From positions 4,710 through 68,709 of the forward strand of contig JACRCP010000399.1 of the NCBI GenBank assembly GCA_016218965.1: a stretch of 64,000 bases of DNA, read 5' to 3'. Below are positions 61,201 to 64,000 of the stretch, piece by piece; position 1 is the first letter of the stretch; the number at the start of each line of letters is the position of its first letter. Position numbers and translations under genes: made by a program. The notes under the pieces are model-generated. The model was not told the origin of the DNA, ran no database searches, and saw only the letters and a program-made list of their open reading frames with translations. The DNA comes from Deltaproteobacteria bacterium (lineage in GTDB: Bacteria > Myxococcota > SpSt-1050 > JACRCP01).

Positions 61201-62406
61201 TCACTTCCCGTACAGCTCTTGATACTGCCTGCATATCTCCAGCCAGTCATACCGCTCGACGAAGCGCCTGGCGGCTTCGCCCAGTGCCCGGGCGTGAGCG
61301 TGGTCATCCATCATGCGGCACACGGCATCGGCGATGGCGCCGGCAGTCGAGGCGAGGACCAAATCGCGCCCGGGCGTCGCCGGAATCCCTTCGGCCCCTT
61401 TTGGCGTGGAGACGACAGGCAGCCCCGCGGCGAAGTACTCGAGGATCTTCATCCGGGTCCCCCCGCCGCCCCTGAGAGGCACGACCGCGGCGTCCGCGGC
61501 GGCGAGGTGCGCCGGCAGATTGGGCACGGCGCCGGTGGTGACCACGCGGCCCGCGGCCGGCCCGGCTGTGCATTCCGCGGGGGCGTTCATCCCGACGAGC
61601 AAAAGCCAAACGTCGCGGCCGCGCCGCAGGAGCTCCGGCAGGATCTCCTGCGCCAGCCACAGGGCCGCATCGCGGTTGGGGCCGTAGTGGAGCACCCCGT
61701 GGTATACGATGACAAAAGCGGCGGCTGGGACCCCGAGCCGCTCGCGCACCCCCGCGCCGTCGAGGCCCCGGTAGTTCTCGAGATCCACACCGTGCGGAAT
61801 CACAGCCACCTTCCGCCGCGGCACCCCCGCCGAGACCAGGCTGGCCTGATCGACGGGTGATACCGCCACCACCCGGTTGCAAAGCGCTATCATTGCCTTC
61901 TCGATGCGCCTGAGGTTCCGCTCTGCGCGGCGGTCGACCTGTGACGACTGCGGTATCCGGAGGAATTCGACGTTGTGTTCCACAAGCACGACCATCGGCC
62001 GGCGCGGAACGAGAGCGTTCTTCGCGACGTAAGCGGGCATCACGTAGCCGGGGAACTCGGCCTGGATGACGCGAAAGCGGTGTCTTCGCGCCGCCCACGC
62101 CGCGCGCGCCCAGAAGTTTCTGTCGAACATCGGCTGGTAGAGAAACGCGTCCTCGGGCGGGACGCCCATTCTGCAAAGGCGCTTCCGGATCGCCGGGGCG
62201 TCAAAACCCACCTTGGCGAGCCACGCCGGATACGCCTCTTCGCGCCGCACACCCCCGTAAAACACGTGGTAGGTCTTCGGGTCGTCGGTGAGCAGGACGA
62301 CCTCGTCCCCGAGCCGCGAGAGGTACTTGGCGGTGTTGACGATCTTCGCCGCCGCACCGTGGTTGGGCGGGAATATGTCGCCTCGTGAGATGATGCAAAC
62401 CTTCAT
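61201..62406 (-). CDS. glycosyltransferase family 4 protein
   Basis: N-terminal MKVCIISRGDIFPPNHGAAAKI. C-terminal GT4 core (GGTRMKILEYFAAGLPVVST). The ORF-track N-terminal extension is Arg/Ser-rich non-coding-like sequence. Confidence 0.8.
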   Translation of the reverse strand: MKVCIISRGDIFPPNHGAAAKIVNTAKYLSRLGDEVVLLTDDPKTYHVFYGGVRREEAYPAWLAKVGFDAPAIRKRLCRMGVPPEDAFLYQPMFDRNFWARAAWAARRHRFRVIQAEFPGYVMPAYVAKNALVPRRPMVVLVEHNVEFLRIPQSSQVDRRAERNLRRIEKAMIALCNRVVAVSPVDQASLVSAGVPRRKVAVIPHGVDLENYRGLDGAGVRERLGVPAAAFVIVYHGVLHYGPNRDAALWLAQEILPELLRRGRDVWLLLVGMNAPAECTAGPAAGRVVTTGAVPNLPAHLAAADAAVVPLRGGGGTRMKILEYFAAGLPVVSTPKGAEGIPATPGRDLVLASTAGAIADAVCRMMDDHAHARALGEAARRFVERYDWLEICRQYQELYGK

Positions 62407-62410
62407 GACG

Positions 62411-63283
62411 TCACAGCCCTCTCGACCATTCGGGCCGGAGCGGGTACGTCGTCGGGTGGGCGATCGCCTCGTCGAGCGTCTTGAGCAGGCGTGCCCGGTC
62501 CTTGGACAAAACGCCCTTGAGCGGGAGGTAGTTGCTCGCGTGGTTGGTCCTGAACACGCAGCCCGCAAGTTCGATCCCCGCGACCAGCCCCCGAATCTCC
62601 TTGAGCGTCTCGACGGCGTTGAGCGGGGTCCAGTCTCCGCCCATCATTCTCCTGTACTCATCCATGAACGGCATCATGAGCGTCAAGGCGCTGGCGTACT
62701 CGGGCCCGATGCGATTGAGCACGTCGACGGTCCCCGACACGTGCCGCGCAGACCCCTCGCGTCCGGCAAGGCCCAGGAGCACGGTGGCCGAGATCGCCAT
62801 CCCCGCCTCGTGCGCCTTTTTGCACCCCTTGACCATCTCGTCGGGCGTCGCCCCTTTTTTCACGAGGTCAAGCGTGGCCGGGTCGCCCGACTCCACGCCG
62901 TAATATATCAGGTCGAGACCCGCCTTGCGGATCTGCGAAAGCTCGGCGGTGCTCTTGACGATCAGGTTGCGAGGGCTGGCGTACGCCGAGACCCGCTCGA
63001 GCCGCGGGAACGACTCGCGCAGGAGTTCGAGGATCGAGAGCAGTGTCGAGGTGCGCGCAACCAGCGCGTCGCCGTCAGCCAAAAACACCCGCCGCGCGTA
63101 CGGCTCCTCAAGGGCCATCTCGCGCACGTCGCGCCTGATCGCATCGAGCGAGCGGACGCGGAACTCCTTGCCTTTGTACATGAGGCAGAAGCGACAGGTG
63201 TCGTTGCTGCAGCCCAGAGTGACCTGGAAGATGAGCGAGTCCGCCTCGGACGGCGGCCGGAAGAGCGGTTGATCGTAGGTCAT
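62411..63283 (-). CDS. radical SAM protein (290 aa)
   Basis: CSNDTCRFC (CxxxCxxC) cluster near the N-terminus. Its stop is 4 nt upstream of the GT4 start. Confidence 0.85.
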   Translation of the reverse strand: MTYDQPLFRPPSEADSLIFQVTLGCSNDTCRFCLMYKGKEFRVRSLDAIRRDVREMALEEPYARRVFLADGDALVARTSTLLSILELLRESFPRLERVSAYASPRNLIVKSTAELSQIRKAGLDLIYYGVESGDPATLDLVKKGATPDEMVKGCKKAHEAGMAISATVLLGLAGREGSARHVSGTVDVLNRIGPEYASALTLMMPFMDEYRRMMGGDWTPLNAVETLKEIRGLVAGIELAGCVFRTNHASNYLPLKGVLSKDRARLLKTLDEAIAHPTTYPLRPEWSRGL

Positions 63284-63888
63284 GGCTTCGCCTTGATGCG
63301 TTCGAGGCGACCTTTTGCCTCGACGAGCATCGACGCGCGGCGCCGCGACGGCTTTTCTCCCGCGAGCGAAACGAACTTTTCGAGGTGAGCCGCGGCCTCT
63401 TCGCCCTGACCCGCATCATCGAGTATCGACCCGAGAGCCGCGTGCGCCTCGGGATCGTCGGGCGCCTTTGCGATCACCTGCCGGTACGTCTCGGCCGCCT
63501 CGTCCGCCCTGCCCGACGCCCAGAGCGCGTTGGCGATCTCCGTGAGCGCGTCGGTGCCTTCGGGGTTCAATCGGAAGGCGCCCCTGAACGCGGCCTCCGC
63601 GGCGGGGAAGTCCTTGCGCTTTTTTTGAAGGTAGCCCAGAAACAGGTAGCCGGTCTCGCAGTCCGGGTAGCGGTCGATCATCTGCTGGTATGCCTTGGCC
63701 GCCTGGTCGAGCTTCCCGTCAAGCTCGAGCTTCTGGCCAATCTTGAGCTCCGAGCAGGTTAGGGGGTCCATCGCCGATTGCTTTTTTGCCGCCGAGCGCG
63801 CAATCGAGCCGCCCGCGCGCACCCCGAAGAATATGACCAGGAGGGCGACGCCGATCCATATGTATGTGTCGTTCCAGAATCCTTCCAT
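63280..63888 (-). CDS. TPR-repeat protein with N-terminal TM helix
   Basis: TM helix YIWIGVALLVIFFGV followed by 3-4 TPR-like helical pairs. Its stop overlaps the radical SAM start. Confidence 0.65.
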   Translation of the reverse strand: MEGFWNDTYIWIGVALLVIFFGVRAGGSIARSAAKKQSAMDPLTCSELKIGQKLELDGKLDQAAKAYQQMIDRYPDCETGYLFLGYLQKKRKDFPAAEAAFRGAFRLNPEGTDALTEIANALWASGRADEAAETYRQVIAKAPDDPEAHAALGSILDDAGQGEEAAAHLEKFVSLAGEKPSRRRASMLVEAKGRLERIKAKP

Positions 63889-64000
63889 GGTCTGCTCGAC
63901 GCACCGGACTGTACCACTCAGAATCGGCAGACGGCAAGCGCCGGGGCGTTTTGGGGCAGGTGCCGGAGGCTCACGGGTCTCAGGGTGCGGTTGTTTGCCA

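Noticed and set aside
60820-62176. 346-aa plus and 290-aa minus ORFs
   Set aside because: Alternate-frame or antisense to the four-repeat lipoprotein and GT4 genes.
62288-63388. 366-aa plus ORF
   Set aside because: Antisense to the GT4, radical SAM and TPR operon.
1-64000. CRISPR arrays, rRNA, tRNA, transposase/integrase genes
   Set aside because: Scanned intergenic regions and repeats. No regularly spaced repeats, no rRNA/tRNA-like structures, and no recombinase-like ORFs were seen.

Overview
This 64 kb window is about 68% GC and gene-dense, and reads as accessory chromosome from a Myxococcota-like deltaproteobacterium. Supporting that are many lipoproteins and secreted proteins, myxo-type Cys-rich repeat proteins, WG repeats and a sigma-54 promoter. 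I call about 57 CDS and found no rRNA, tRNA or CRISPR.

Main content:
- Housekeeping and metabolic genes: lipA, asnS, class A PBP, acyl-CoA dehydrogenase, SDR, TetR, NikR, AGE epimerase.
- Minus-strand operon 11161-16094: a glycosyltransferase family 4 (GT4) protein fused to a radical SAM/twitch domain, a WG-repeat protein and a His-phosphatase/nucleotidyltransferase fusion.
- Partial type III secretion / flagellar-type export-apparatus operon 42709-47918: FliJ/SctO-like, FliK/SctP-like, SctQ/FliN, FliO-like, FliP, FliQ, FliR, FlhB. No ATPase, FlhA, secretin or needle/filament gene is in the window.
- Low-GC HigB/HigA-like toxin-antitoxin pair.
- DUF433/DUF5615 toxin-antitoxin-like pair in which the DUF5615 gene is truncated; a 1.35 kb low-GC segment lies between imperfect ~29-35 bp direct repeats.
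- Secreted hydrolase cluster: GH5-like plus CBM9-like, phospholipase D, S8 protease.
- A second GT4 plus radical SAM plus TPR operon at the 3' end.

Many long Arg/Pro/Ala-rich ORFs in the track are antisense or alternate-frame artefacts of the high GC content and were rejected. All calls come from reading the sequence and the ORF track; no database searches were run.
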